Counted from the first letter of the stretch, positions 17,026 to 25,960 are shown. The stretch: DNA of 64,000 nucleotides from Micropruina sp. (GCF_047606665.1 NZ_JASGEF010000047.1:34172-98171); one strand, 5' to 3'. The notes: generated by a model not told the origin, from the sequence alone. Numbers and translations are program-made.

Positions 17026-17687
17026 TCCGCAGCACCGACAGGAGGATCGCCGACATCCTGCAGGCGATCGAGCGATGCCAGAGGTATGTTGGCGCGCTCA
17101 GCGACGATGGCGAAGCAAATCTCGTCGATATGGCTGAGGACGCTATTGAGCGGAATCTCCAGGTCATCGGCGAGGCAGCGAACTATTTGCCGGCGGAGCT
17201 CACCGAAGCGTGTCCGGAGATCCCGTGGCCGCAGATCCGAGGCTTCCGAAACATCCTGGTCCACCAGTACTTCGGAGTCGATTCCAACATCGTCCGTGAC
17301 GTCGTCGAAACGCATCTACCGCCACTCGCGGAGGCGCTGCGCCAACGTGCTGGGGGAGATTCGGGGCGGCACCCCCTAACTAATGTGGGCGAGTCGTCAT
17401 CGGTCGTACACATCGGGGCGATGACCAAGGGTGACGACCACGACGAGCAACCTGCCGTCTTCGACGGTGTAGATGATCCGGTAGTCGTCGACGCGGATCC
17501 GCAGGGCGTCACGCCTGCGCAGGGCTTTCGCTCCCGGTGGCCGAGGGCCGACTGTGAGCAAGGCGATCGCTCCCCGGATCCGGGCATGGTCCTGGCGGTC
17601 GATCCTCTTCAACGCCCGCAGGGCGGCGGAGCGCACCTCGATCTCGTAGACCATGCTCCTGGGTTCACCAACCCAGGTCAGCTTTGA
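17022..17687 (+). CDS. HEPN/DUF86 (HepT-like) toxin; the literal ORF reads through about 100 codons beyond the conserved domain
   Basis: Rx4HxY motif RGFRNILVHQY. The conserved domain ends near nt 17360. TAA codons at 17377 and 17381 lie in the two other frames, directly after a C5 run. The in-frame stop is only at 17687, antisense to the convergent relE gene. Confidence 0.75.
   Translation: MIRSTDRRIADILQAIERCQRYVGALSDDGEANLVDMAEDAIERNLQVIGEAANYLPAELTEACPEIPWPQIRGFRNILVHQYFGVDSNIVRDVVETHLPPLAEALRQRAGGDSGRHPLTNVGESSSVVHIGAMTKGDDHDEQPAVFDGVDDPVVVDADPQGVTPAQGFRSRWPRADCEQGDRSPDPGMVLAVDPLQRPQGGGAHLDLVDHAPGFTNPGQL
17397..17654 (-). CDS. RelE/ParE family toxin
   Basis: MVYEIEVRSAALRALKRIDRQDHARIRGAIALL..ALRIRVDDYRIIYTVEDGRLLVVVVTLGHRPDVY. 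Internal ATG of ORF 17397..17759. Confidence 0.85.
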   Translation of the reverse strand: MVYEIEVRSAALRALKRIDRQDHARIRGAIALLTVGPRPPGAKALRRRDALRIRVDDYRIIYTVEDGRLLVVVVTLGHRPDVYDR

Positions 17688-17910
17688 CCTGCGCCCAGGG
17701 GATGTTCGGGCCCTCCTCGGCCATCGCGGCGTCGAACGCGGCGACGTCCTCGACCTCATCGGCGGCCTCTCGGAGCCGTCCGTACTCCGCGGGGGAGAGG
17801 ATCACGGCCTGGGGCTCGCCGCGGCGCTCGACGATCACGGCCTCGCGCTGGGCGGTCTCGATGACGGCGGCAAAGCTCTTACGTACCTCGGAAACGGTGA
17901 TGGTCGACAT
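17665..17910 (-). CDS. Phd/YefM family antitoxin
   Basis: MSTITVSEVRKSFAAVIETAQREAVIVERRGEPQAVILSPAEYGRL. It lies 10 nt upstream of the RelE/ParE gene. Confidence 0.85.
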   Translation of the reverse strand: MSTITVSEVRKSFAAVIETAQREAVIVERRGEPQAVILSPAEYGRLREAADEVEDVAAFDAAMAEEGPNIPWAQVKADLGW

Positions 17911-18061
17911 CGCTCGATTGTACAAGAATGAGACTAAAAGGTACGTTTCGGCACTGCCCGGCGGCCCATGCCGTCGCCAGCCGGCCGTCACGCCGCAGGT
18001 CCGTCCTGGGTCGCGGCCGGCTTGGGCTAACGAACTGTCCGTCGAAATCAGGGTTCACTAG

Positions 18062-18601
18062 GTGCTTCGCGAACTCGACTCGGCGGACGCGGGAGACCTC
18101 TTCGTGTTCCGCAGCGACGACGATGCGCAGCGCTACAACGATGCGCCGTTGCGGGAGCCCGCCGAGGCTATGGCGTTGATCGAGCGGGTGCGGGCGGAAT
18201 TCGCTGCCGGCGAGGGCGTCTACTGGGCTTTGGCGGTGCCCGACGACCCCCGCGCGATCGGCCTGTTCGGGCTTGGCGGTTGGGATCGGTACCACCGCCG
18301 AGCCGAGATCGGCTACAACGTGCACCGCGATCACTGGGGCCAAGGGCTCGCCACCGAGGCGGTCCGCGGCATCCTGGAGTTCGCATTCACCACGATGAAC
18401 CTCAATCGCATCGAGGCGCTGATCATCGCCGACAACCATCCGTCGGTCCGGCTTGTCGAGCGCGTCGGATTCGTCCGCGAAGGCACGAGGCGAGCGTGCT
18501 CGTGGGAAGAAGACGGCGTCTTCCATGACAGTGCGATCTACGGTCTGCTCCAGCGTGAATACCAGGCGACCGGCGTCCGACCCAGCCCACGTCGAGCGTG
18601 A
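18062..18601 (+). CDS. GNAT family N-acetyltransferase (RimJ/RimL-like)
   Basis: 179 aa. RAEIGYNVHRDHWGQGLATEAVRGILEFAF..LNRIEALIIADNHPSVRLVERVGFVREG matches the acetyl-CoA-binding GNAT core. Confidence 0.85.
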   Translation: MLRELDSADAGDLFVFRSDDDAQRYNDAPLREPAEAMALIERVRAEFAAGEGVYWALAVPDDPRAIGLFGLGGWDRYHRRAEIGYNVHRDHWGQGLATEAVRGILEFAFTTMNLNRIEALIIADNHPSVRLVERVGFVREGTRRACSWEEDGVFHDSAIYGLLQREYQATGVRPSPRRA

Positions 18602-18628
18602 CTTGAGAAGGTCGCCTGAATCGCCCGC

Positions 18629-18656
18629 ATGTATGCATTGTCTACAATGCATACAT
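18629..18656. promoter_or_regulatory. 28-bp AT-rich palindromic operator candidate overlapping the copG-type antitoxin start
   Basis: ATGTATGCATTGT-CT-ACAATGCATACAT has 13-nt perfect arms. The start codon ATG (18655-18657) lies within the right arm. Confidence 0.6.
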
Positions 18657-18942
18657 GAGCTCCACGGCACCGCTTGGACGACCCATCTCGGTCCGCCTTC
18701 CGGAGGATCTTCGCAGGCGCATCGAAGCACTGGCACGCGCCACCCGGCGTAGCCAGGGCGACGTCGTCCGCGAGGTGCTTGAGCGCGACTTGGCGAGGCT
18801 GGAGTGGGAGCAGCGAATCGCCGCTCGTGCGGCAGATCTGCGTGCGGGCCGGGTGCAGGCCGTACCCCTCGACGAAGTCGAGCGTGAACTGGGCCTGGAC
18901 GGAGTCGTTATCGACCCGCGCATCGTGGATGACATCGAGTGA
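18655..18942 (+). CDS. Ribbon-helix-helix (CopG/RelB-like) antitoxin
   Basis: RPISVRLPEDLRRRIEALARATRRSQGDVVREVLERDL is an RHH signature. The stop overlaps the toxin GTG. Confidence 0.8.
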   Translation: MSSTAPLGRPISVRLPEDLRRRIEALARATRRSQGDVVREVLERDLARLEWEQRIAARAADLRAGRVQAVPLDEVERELGLDGVVIDPRIVDDIE

Positions 18943-19202
18943 GTTGGCAGGTGGCTCTGTCGCCCGAGGCGGCGAAGTGGCTTCGCAAGGCCGATCCGCA
19001 GGTCGCACGACGCATTCGCGACGCGCTCCGCGTGGTGGCGGCGCTGGACGACCCGCGCAGCAGGGGCAAAGGCCTCACCGCGGGATTGGCCGGCCTATGG
19101 AGGTATCGGGTCGGCGACTATCGCGTGATCTGCGACATCCGGGATCGCGAACTGGTGATCCTTGCCCTCGACGTGGGCAAGCGCGACGAGATCTACGGAT
19201 AG
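18939..19202 (+). CDS. RelE/ParE family toxin
   Basis: 87 aa. ..GLWRYRVGDYRVICDIRDRELVILALDVGKRDEIY is a typical RelE/ParE C-terminus. Confidence 0.85.
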   Translation: MSWQVALSPEAAKWLRKADPQVARRIRDALRVVAALDDPRSRGKGLTAGLAGLWRYRVGDYRVICDIRDRELVILALDVGKRDEIYG

Positions 19203-19357
19203 TCGACCGACGCCCCGCACTCCGGTCGCCAAGAGCCTTGGGTGTCGCAGGACAGGCACGGTACGCGGGTAGCGCCGTCTGCGCGATCCCGGCGCGACTC
19301 GTCCGCTGCCCGCCGCGCCAGCGCCGTCGTCGAGGGCAAGCCGTATAAGGTGCCCTG

Positions 19358-19924
19358 GTGACATCTGCCGGCTCGTTCCTCCGCCGCTACGCCCACGTCG
19401 GCCGGCAGTTTCTGAAGTTCGGCGCCGTGGGCGGCGCCGGGGTCGTGGTCAACATGCTGGTGGCCATCGTCATGAACAAGGCCAACGGCGGCACCGTCAA
19501 CGCCCAGAACATCCTGTTCAGCATTCCCGGCACGCCGTTCAACTTCCGCTTCACGATCTTGGTCTGGATCGTCGGCTTCCTGGTGGCGAACCTGTTCAAC
19601 TTCCAGTTGAACCGGCACTGGACGTTCCGGCACGGGCAGAAGGCCCCCTGGATGAAGGAGTTCCTGCCGTTCCTGGCGGTCGGCAGCGCGGCCGCACTGG
19701 TCGGCATCTTCATCAAGATCGGCTTCACCAACCCGACCTCGCCGCTCTATCTGCCCGAGCCGTGGTTCCACGAGAACGCCGGACTGCAATCCCGCGAGTA
19801 CTGGGCGCAACTGCTCACCATCGTGATCACCACGCCGATCAACTTCCTGGTCAACAAGCTGTGGACGTTCCGGCACGTCCGCCGGCGGCACGCCGAGACC
19901 GAGACCCCCACCGCCGTCCGGTAG
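19358..19924 (+). CDS. GtrA-family membrane protein
   Basis: Four hydrophobic segments. Repeated NFQLNRHWTFRH and NFLVNKLWTFRH motifs are typical of GtrA-like proteins. Confidence 0.8.
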   Translation: MTSAGSFLRRYAHVGRQFLKFGAVGGAGVVVNMLVAIVMNKANGGTVNAQNILFSIPGTPFNFRFTILVWIVGFLVANLFNFQLNRHWTFRHGQKAPWMKEFLPFLAVGSAAALVGIFIKIGFTNPTSPLYLPEPWFHENAGLQSREYWAQLLTIVITTPINFLVNKLWTFRHVRRRHAETETPTAVR

Positions 19925-19928
19925 GCCC

Positions 19929-22900
19929 ATGCATCTGAAGTCACTGACCCTGCGCGGCTTCAAGTCGTTCGCGTCCACCACCACCCTCGCCTTCGAACCC
20001 GGTATCACCTGCGTGGTCGGGCCGAACGGCTCGGGCAAGTCGAACGTCGTGGACGCCCTCAGCTGGGTGATGGGCGAGCAGGGCGCGAAGTCGCTGCGCG
20101 GCGGCAAGATGGAGGACGTCATCTTCGCCGGCACCTCCGGACGCGCGCCGTTGGGCCGGGCCGAGGTCACCCTCACCATCGACAACACCGACGGTGCGCT
20201 GCCGATCGAGTACACCGAGGTGACGATCAGCCGGACGATGTTCCGCTCCGGTGGCTCCGAATACCGGATCAACGGCAGTACCGCGCGCCTGCTCGACGTC
20301 CAGGAGCTGCTCTCCGATTCCGGCATCGGACGCGAGATGCACGTCATCGTCGGGCAGGGCCAGCTGGATTCGATCCTGCAGGCCACCCCCGAGATCCGCC
20401 GCGGCTTCATCGAAGAGGCGGCCGGCGTCCTGAAGCACCGCAAGCGCAAAGAGAAGGCGCTGCGCAAGCTGGAGGCGACCGGTACCAACCTGAACCGGCT
20501 GACCGATCTGCTGGCCGAGATCCGTCGCCAGCTGAAACCGCTCGGACGCCAGGCCGAGGTGGCCCGCAAGGCCGCGGTGATCCAGGCCGAACTGCGCGAC
20601 GCCAAGGCCCGGCTGATCGCCGACGACTACATCATGGCCACCCTGGCGCTGCAATCGGACCTGGCCGTCGAGGCCGATCTGAAGGCCCGTCGCGCTTCGG
20701 TCGAGGCCGCCCTGGACGCCGCTCGCGCCGCCGAGACCGACGCCGAAGCCGCTGCCCGTGAGGCGTTGCCCCGGCTCAACGCTGCCCAGGAGACCTGGTA
20801 CGGACTGGCCGGGCTGCGGGAACGGCTGGCGTCCACGATGACGATCGCCGGCGAACGCGTCCGGAACGCCGAGAACGCCGGCGACGGCGACCGGCCGGGA
20901 CGCGATCCGGAGCTGATCGAGCGCGAGGCCGCCGAGATGCGCAAGGCCGAGGAGGCGCTCAACGTCGAGGTGGCGCAGGCCGCGCAGGCGTTGACCGACG
21001 CGACCGCGGCCCTGAAGCAGACCGAGGCCGCCCATGAGCAGGCGGAGCGCAGCTACGCCGCGCACTTGCGGGCGATCGCCGACCGCCGCGAGGGTCTCGC
21101 CCGGCTGACCGGCGAGGTCAACACGTTGCGCAGCCGCACCGAGGCCGCCGGTGCCGAGATCGAACGGCTCAGCTCCGCCCGCGATGACGCGCTGGCCCGC
21201 GCCAGCGCCGCGACCCGCTCGTTCGCCGCGTTGGAGACCCGGATCGCCGGGGTCAGCGACGGCGAGTCCGGCCTGGACGCCGCCTACGAATCCGCCGCCG
21301 CCGAGGTGGAACGGATCGAGGCCGGGCTGGCCGACGTCCGGCGCGCCGAGGCGAAGGCGCAGACCGAGCGGGCCACCCTGGCCGCCCGGCTGGACGCGTT
21401 GGCGTTGGGCCTGGAACGCAAGGACGCCTCCGCGGCCCTGCTCGCCGCCGGCGACGCGGTGGGCGGGCTGCTCGGCTCGGTGGCGACCCTGATCGGGGTC
21501 GAACCCGGTTGTGAAGTGGCGATTTCGGCGGCTCTCGGGTCGGCCGCGGACGCCGTCGCGGTCGCCGGGCTGGACGCCGCCGTGGGCGCGTTCGGGCATC
21601 TGAAAGCCGAGGATCTGGGCCGTGCCGGACTGTTGCTGGGCGGCTCGGCCCATCCGGACGCCGACTGCTGGCCGACGTTGCCGGGCGGGGCGCGCTGGGC
21701 GATCGACGCGGTGACCTGCACCGACCAGGTGAGGCCCGCGCTGGCCCGGCTGTTGCTGAAAGTCGCCGTGGTGGACGATCTGCCGGCCGCCCGCGCACTG
21801 GTCGCCGACCTGCCCGACGTCACTGCGGTGACCCGCGACGGCGACGTGCTCAGCCAGTGGTTCGCCGCCGGCGGATCGTCGGCGAAACCGTCGCTGATCG
21901 AGGTGCAGGCCGCCGTCGACGAGACCGAGTCGCGGCTGGCCGGCGTCCAGGCCGACCTGGAACGGGCCCGGTTCGCGCTCGCCCAGCACGAGGCCGAGCT
22001 GGCCCAGGCGCGCGAGCGGGCCGAGGCGGCGCTGGCCCGGCTGCACGAATCGGACGCCGAACATGCCGCACTGGCCGAAGAGCTGGCCACGCTCAGCCAG
22101 ACCACCCGTGCCGCGCAGGCGGAGGCCGAGCGGCTGGCGGCGTCCATCGCGGCGGCGCAAGCCACCCGCGAGCAGAACCGCACTGCGCTGGCGGCGTTGG
22201 AGCAGCGCCTCGAACTGGCCTCGGCGCAGACCGAGGTGACCGAGGCCGACCCGTCCGAACGCGACCGGCTGAGCGTGCTGGAGCGTGCGGCCCGCGGTGC
22301 CGAGATGGAGGCCCGGCTGGCGCTGCGCACCATCGAGGAGCGCGCCCGTGCGCTGGCCGGACGTGCCGACTCGCTGACCCGTGCCGCCGCCGCGGAACGT
22401 CAGGCGCGAGCACGGGCAGCCGCCCGTCGCGAACAGCTGCGCCGCGAGGCTGCCGACGCGCGTGCGGTCAGCGAGGCCGCGATCTGGCTGCTCGGCCGGG
22501 TCGAGGCGTCCCAAGAGCTGGCCGCCGCCGAACGGTCCGCGGCGGAGGCCGCCCGGCTGGCCGCCGAGAACACGCTCACCGAGGCGCGGCGTCGCGGCCG
22601 GGAGTTGGCCAAGGAGTTCGAGGACCTGGTCGCCCACGTCCATCGCGACGAGCTGGCCCGGGCCGAGCAGCGGCTGCGGGTCGAAGCGCTCGCCGAGCGG
22701 GCCCTGGTCGAGCTGGGCCTGGACGCCGACGTGCTGGTCGCCGAATACGGCCCCGACCAGCTGATCCCCGTGCTGACCAGGGCCGATGGTTCCGCGCTCG
22801 GGCCGGACGAGCGTCCCGAACCGGTGCCGTTCGTCCGGGCCGAGCAAGAGAAGCGGCTCCGGACGGCGGAACGCAACCTCGGCGTCCTGGGCAAGGTGAA

Positions 22901-23483
22901 CCCGCTGGCCCTGGAGGAGTTCGACGCGCTGCAGGAACGGCACGCCTTCCTCGCCGAGCAACTGGACGACCTGCGCAAGACCCGCGCCGACCTGAGCGAG
23001 ATCATCGAGCAGGTCGACGCACGAGTGCAGGAGGTGTTCGCCGCCGCCTACGCCGACGTCGAAAAGGCCTTCGAGCACTCCTTCGCGCGGCTCTTCCCCG
23101 GTGGCGAGGGACGCCTGGTGCTGACCGAGCCGGGGGAGTGGCTGACCACCGGCGTGGACGTCGAGGCGCGTCCGGCCGGCAAGAAGGTGAAGCGGCTGTC
23201 GCTGCTCTCCGGTGGTGAACGCTCGCTGGTCGCGGTCGCGTTCCTGGTCGCGCTGTTCAAGGCCCGGCCCAGCCCCTTCTACATCCTCGACGAGGTCGAG
23301 GCCGCCCTGGACGATGTCAACCTCGGCCGGCTGCTGGAGATCTACGAGGAACTGCGCGAGAACTCGCAGCTGCTGGTGATCACCCACCAGAAACGCACCA
23401 TGGAGATCGCCGACGCCCTGTACGGCGTCACGATGCGCTCCGACGGTGTCTCCGCGGTGATCAGCCAGCGGCTCCGCGACTGA
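19929..23483 (+). CDS. smc: Chromosome segregation protein SMC
   Basis: 1184 aa. N-terminal Walker A GPNGSGKSN, long Ala/Glu/Arg coiled coils, a hinge, C-terminal signature LSGGERSLVAVAFL and Walker B FYILDEVEAALD. Confidence 0.97.
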   Translation: MHLKSLTLRGFKSFASTTTLAFEPGITCVVGPNGSGKSNVVDALSWVMGEQGAKSLRGGKMEDVIFAGTSGRAPLGRAEVTLTIDNTDGALPIEYTEVTISRTMFRSGGSEYRINGSTARLLDVQELLSDSGIGREMHVIVGQGQLDSILQATPEIRRGFIEEAAGVLKHRKRKEKALRKLEATGTNLNRLTDLLAEIRRQLKPLGRQAEVARKAAVIQAELRDAKARLIADDYIMATLALQSDLAVEADLKARRASVEAALDAARAAETDAEAAAREALPRLNAAQETWYGLAGLRERLASTMTIAGERVRNAENAGDGDRPGRDPELIEREAAEMRKAEEALNVEVAQAAQALTDATAALKQTEAAHEQAERSYAAHLRAIADRREGLARLTGEVNTLRSRTEAAGAEIERLSSARDDALARASAATRSFAALETRIAGVSDGESGLDAAYESAAAEVERIEAGLADVRRAEAKAQTERATLAARLDALALGLERKDASAALLAAGDAVGGLLGSVATLIGVEPGCEVAISAALGSAADAVAVAGLDAAVGAFGHLKAEDLGRAGLLLGGSAHPDADCWPTLPGGARWAIDAVTCTDQVRPALARLLLKVAVVDDLPAARALVADLPDVTAVTRDGDVLSQWFAAGGSSAKPSLIEVQAAVDETESRLAGVQADLERARFALAQHEAELAQARERAEAALARLHESDAEHAALAEELATLSQTTRAAQAEAERLAASIAAAQATREQNRTALAALEQRLELASAQTEVTEADPSERDRLSVLERAARGAEMEARLALRTIEERARALAGRADSLTRAAAAERQARARAAARREQLRREAADARAVSEAAIWLLGRVEASQELAAAERSAAEAARLAAENTLTEARRRGRELAKEFEDLVAHVHRDELARAEQRLRVEALAERALVELGLDADVLVAEYGPDQLIPVLTRADGSALGPDERPEPVPFVRAEQEKRLRTAERNLGVLGKVNPLALEEFDALQERHAFLAEQLDDLRKTRADLSEIIEQVDARVQEVFAAAYADVEKAFEHSFARLFPGGEGRLVLTEPGEWLTTGVDVEARPAGKKVKRLSLLSGGERSLVAVAFLVALFKARPSPFYILDEVEAALDDVNLGRLLEIYEELRENSQLLVITHQKRTMEIADALYGVTMRSDGVSAVISQRLRD

Positions 23484-23706
23484 GTAGCCGGGGCCGCTGC
23501 GCGGCCATCGTGGGTTCGGGAAGAGTTCGGGTTGGTGCGGTTGGTCGCGGGGCAGGACCGTGGCGGTGTGGATCGTGGTCGACCTCGGTTTACCTTTCGT
23601 GCTGGTGACCGACTACCCAATCGGCCAGTTGACCACCCAGTCGGCTAGTCGGGCTGCCGTACTAGCGCGCACATCGAGAGGGACTTGGCGGGTGATGTAA
23701 AGTGTG

Positions 23707-23723
23707 GCCATTCCTGGAATGGC
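23707..23723. promoter_or_regulatory. 17-bp palindrome upstream of the SdpI-like ORF
   Basis: GCCATTCC-T-GGAATGGC has perfect 8-nt arms and ends 4 nt before ATG 23727. It sits in a patch that looks lower in GC. Confidence 0.35.
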
Positions 23724-23726
23724 TAA

Positions 23727-24129
23727 ATGTCGAGAAAGGGCGAGTCTGTGACGGAGTTCTCGATCCTGTGTGTGGCCATCACGGGGTTCCTGGTTGTATT
23801 GAGCATTCTCATGCTAATTCTTATCCGCAAGGTCAGGGATGGGACCCTCCAGCGTCCTGATGGTATGTTTAGCGGTTTTGGCCTCCGAACTCCGGCAACT
23901 TTGGCCAGTGATGAGGCCTGGCAGGCAGGGCATCATGCCATTCTTCCTTGGGCTTGGGTAACCGTCGTGGCGGGGTTCGCGGGAGCCTGTGCCGCCCTGG
24001 GCGGCCTGGTGTTGGGAGATGATCGGACCGGCTTCGCGATTTGCGATGGTTGGAGTTGCCGCGGTCATTGCAATATCCGTGGTCATCGCACTCGTCGGCA
24101 GCGCCGCGGCCGCGAAAGTGGGCAGATGA
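23727..24129 (+). pseudogene. SdpI/YhfL-like membrane protein, frameshifted
   Basis: TM1 (FSILCVAITGFLVVLSILMLILI), conserved GLRTPATLASDEAWQAGHH, and TM2. After ..GGLVLG the frame degenerates into Arg/Cys-rich sequence. The +1 frame gives a third TM, MIGPASRFAMVGVAAVIAISVVIALVGSAAAAKVGR*, ending at TGA 24127-24129. Confidence 0.5.
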
Positions 24130-24412
24130 TCGATCGTCCGAGAGTTCAGGTCGTCCCTATCCGAGCGAATGAACTCTCGAAATATGGGGTTTCCGACCTG
24201 ACCTCGGTGTGCGCACGCTATAGGTGGGGAAACGAACTTGGCAAGAGAGGAGGCGGCGGGGTGGAAGCATCCGCCCGCGGCTGCTCCTTGCCGTCGCATC
24301 CAAGGTGGCAGAGGTTGGCGGCTCCAACGCTGCGGCGTTTGACTGTCGGCGCCAGGAACTTCCGGCCACGATGCGGCATACTGGGCACCACCCGTCCGGA
24401 AGGTTCATAAAC

Positions 24413-24664
24413 GTGGCTGTCGCACTGCTGGTGATGGTGGTGATCCTGGCCGTGGCCATCGGCATCGTCGCCGTGGTCGCCATGGGAATCCAGGGCGCCG
24501 GTCGCGAGCGGGCACCCGAACTCGCCAACGTGATGGCCGAGACGGCCAGGCACCTCAACGGCGACGCCGAACCTCCGCAGGGACTGGTCGGGTTCTTCGA
24601 GGAGATCCCCGATATGCGCAAGGGCTCGGACGGCGCCGCCAAGTCCGAGCCGTCCGCCAAGTAG
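24413..24664 (+). CDS. Small membrane protein of unknown function
   Basis: GTG 24413 is preceded by GGAAGG at a suitable distance. One TM (VAVALLVMVVILAVAIGIVAVVAMGI) is followed by an acidic tail. No family recognised. Confidence 0.35.
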   Translation: MAVALLVMVVILAVAIGIVAVVAMGIQGAGRERAPELANVMAETARHLNGDAEPPQGLVGFFEEIPDMRKGSDGAAKSEPSAK

Positions 24665-24764
24665 CAGAACAAGCACCGATTTCGCCGGACGGGCTTGTCG
24701 AGCCCGGAACGGCCCGCTGCTGACAAGGTGTTTCGGCAGACTCAACCCGCCTTGGTCGCGCTTC

Positions 24765-25874
24765 TTAGTGCGGCGCGATGTCGAGTTGTAGCTCGTTCCA
24801 GACCACCGCACCGAGCCGGCGGACGCCGTCCGCGAGCCGGTGGGACGGCGCCGGTCCGGCCTCCGCGAACCACGACACCATGACGGTGTGTGCGTGGGGC
24901 CGCCACGTGCCACAGACCTGGCCGTCGCGGATGATGGCGTTGCCCCCATTGGTGATCAGCGCTCGCCGTGCCGGGGTCACGATGAGGGGGTCGGCGGTAC
25001 CGGGACCGAGCATCCACGGGTCGTATCCGGGCAGCAGGACGACCGCGTCCGACGGTTCCGTGGCGGCCATCTCGTCCAGGTCTGCGGTCAGCGCCAGGCA
25101 GGGGAGTCCGTCCATGCTCACTGCGGTGACCACGTCCGCCAGTTCGGCGAGCCAGCCTGCGAGCCGACGAGTGGGGACCCCGAGGCCCTCGCTGAGCCAG
25201 TACTGAAGATTGGCCTCGGTGGCCGGCCCGTAGGCATGCAGATAGTGGACGATCGCACGGCGCCCGGCGTCCTCCACGTCCGGCAACCCCGGCCAGTGGG
25301 GATCGCCGCGGAGCAAGCGGAAGGTGGCCTGTCTGCCTCGGGCCGGGCCGAAGCAGATGTCGCCCCACCAGTGCAGCGGCTTGTAGAGGGTGTCGGCACC
25401 CGCGCCGGTGGCGGCCGCGTCGGCCAGCCGCCGCAGCGTCGGCGACCGCCGCAGGTGTTCGGCGATCTCGTCGCGAGTCAACGGACCGTCGGCCAGCGCC
25501 GTGCGGATCGCGTCGCGAACCGGCTCCCAGTCGTCCACGACGATGTCGCCCTGGCGCTGCCACCGGTCGGTTCGCCAGATCGCGGTGACGGTGCGGACGG
25601 CGAGCAGCACGGCGCCGATCTCGGGGGCGAACACGTACGACCCGCCTCGGAACGCGTAGCTGCGGATCAACTCGCCGACCTCCACCGCACGCGGAACCAC
25701 ATCTGGAACGGGCTCGGCCAACCGGACCCCGAACGCCAGGTCGGCGGTCCGGTCGGGCCAGCCGCGCACCGCCAGGACGCGCTCGGCGACGTCGGTCGCG
25801 TCCGTCCCGGACGCCGGATCGAGGCCGTGCCGGCGGAGCCGCCAGGCCAGCGCGCGTCTCCCGTCCAGTTGCAT
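24765..25874 (-). CDS. Winged-helix DNA-binding domain protein, AlkZ/YcaQ-like (DUF1006) DNA glycosylase family
   Basis: 369 aa. N-terminus MQLDGRRALAWRLRRHGLDP..VAERVLAVRGWP and overall pattern resemble AlkZ-like proteins; this is from memory. Confidence 0.7.
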   Translation of the reverse strand: MQLDGRRALAWRLRRHGLDPASGTDATDVAERVLAVRGWPDRTADLAFGVRLAEPVPDVVPRAVEVGELIRSYAFRGGSYVFAPEIGAVLLAVRTVTAIWRTDRWQRQGDIVVDDWEPVRDAIRTALADGPLTRDEIAEHLRRSPTLRRLADAAATGAGADTLYKPLHWWGDICFGPARGRQATFRLLRGDPHWPGLPDVEDAGRRAIVHYLHAYGPATEANLQYWLSEGLGVPTRRLAGWLAELADVVTAVSMDGLPCLALTADLDEMAATEPSDAVVLLPGYDPWMLGPGTADPLIVTPARRALITNGGNAIIRDGQVCGTWRPHAHTVMVSWFAEAGPAPSHRLADGVRRLGAVVWNELQLDIAPH

Positions 25875-25960
25875 ACGCCGACGGTATCCCGCGACCGCCG
25901 GGCGGACTCGACCGACGAACCGGGCGCTCGCCGCCCCCGCGGCACCCGTAGCATGAGCCG

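Noticed and set aside
17879-18736. 285-aa minus-strand ORF across the GNAT gene and the copG operator
   Set aside because: It is antisense to a GNAT gene with clear acetyl-CoA-binding motifs and has no motifs of its own.
6561-19357. Integrase, transposase, recombinase or conjugation genes that would explain mobility of the island
   Set aside because: I scanned all six-frame ORFs in and around the island. Every ORF of useful length is accounted for by TA, R-M, Fic or GNAT functions or is a shadow ORF. No DDE, tyrosine- or serine-recombinase motifs were seen.
19941-23387. 1148-aa ORF on the minus strand covering almost the whole smc gene
   Set aside because: It is antisense to a gene with unmistakable SMC motifs. 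The translation is Gly/Arg/Pro/Gln-rich low-complexity sequence, typical of shadow ORFs in high-GC DNA.
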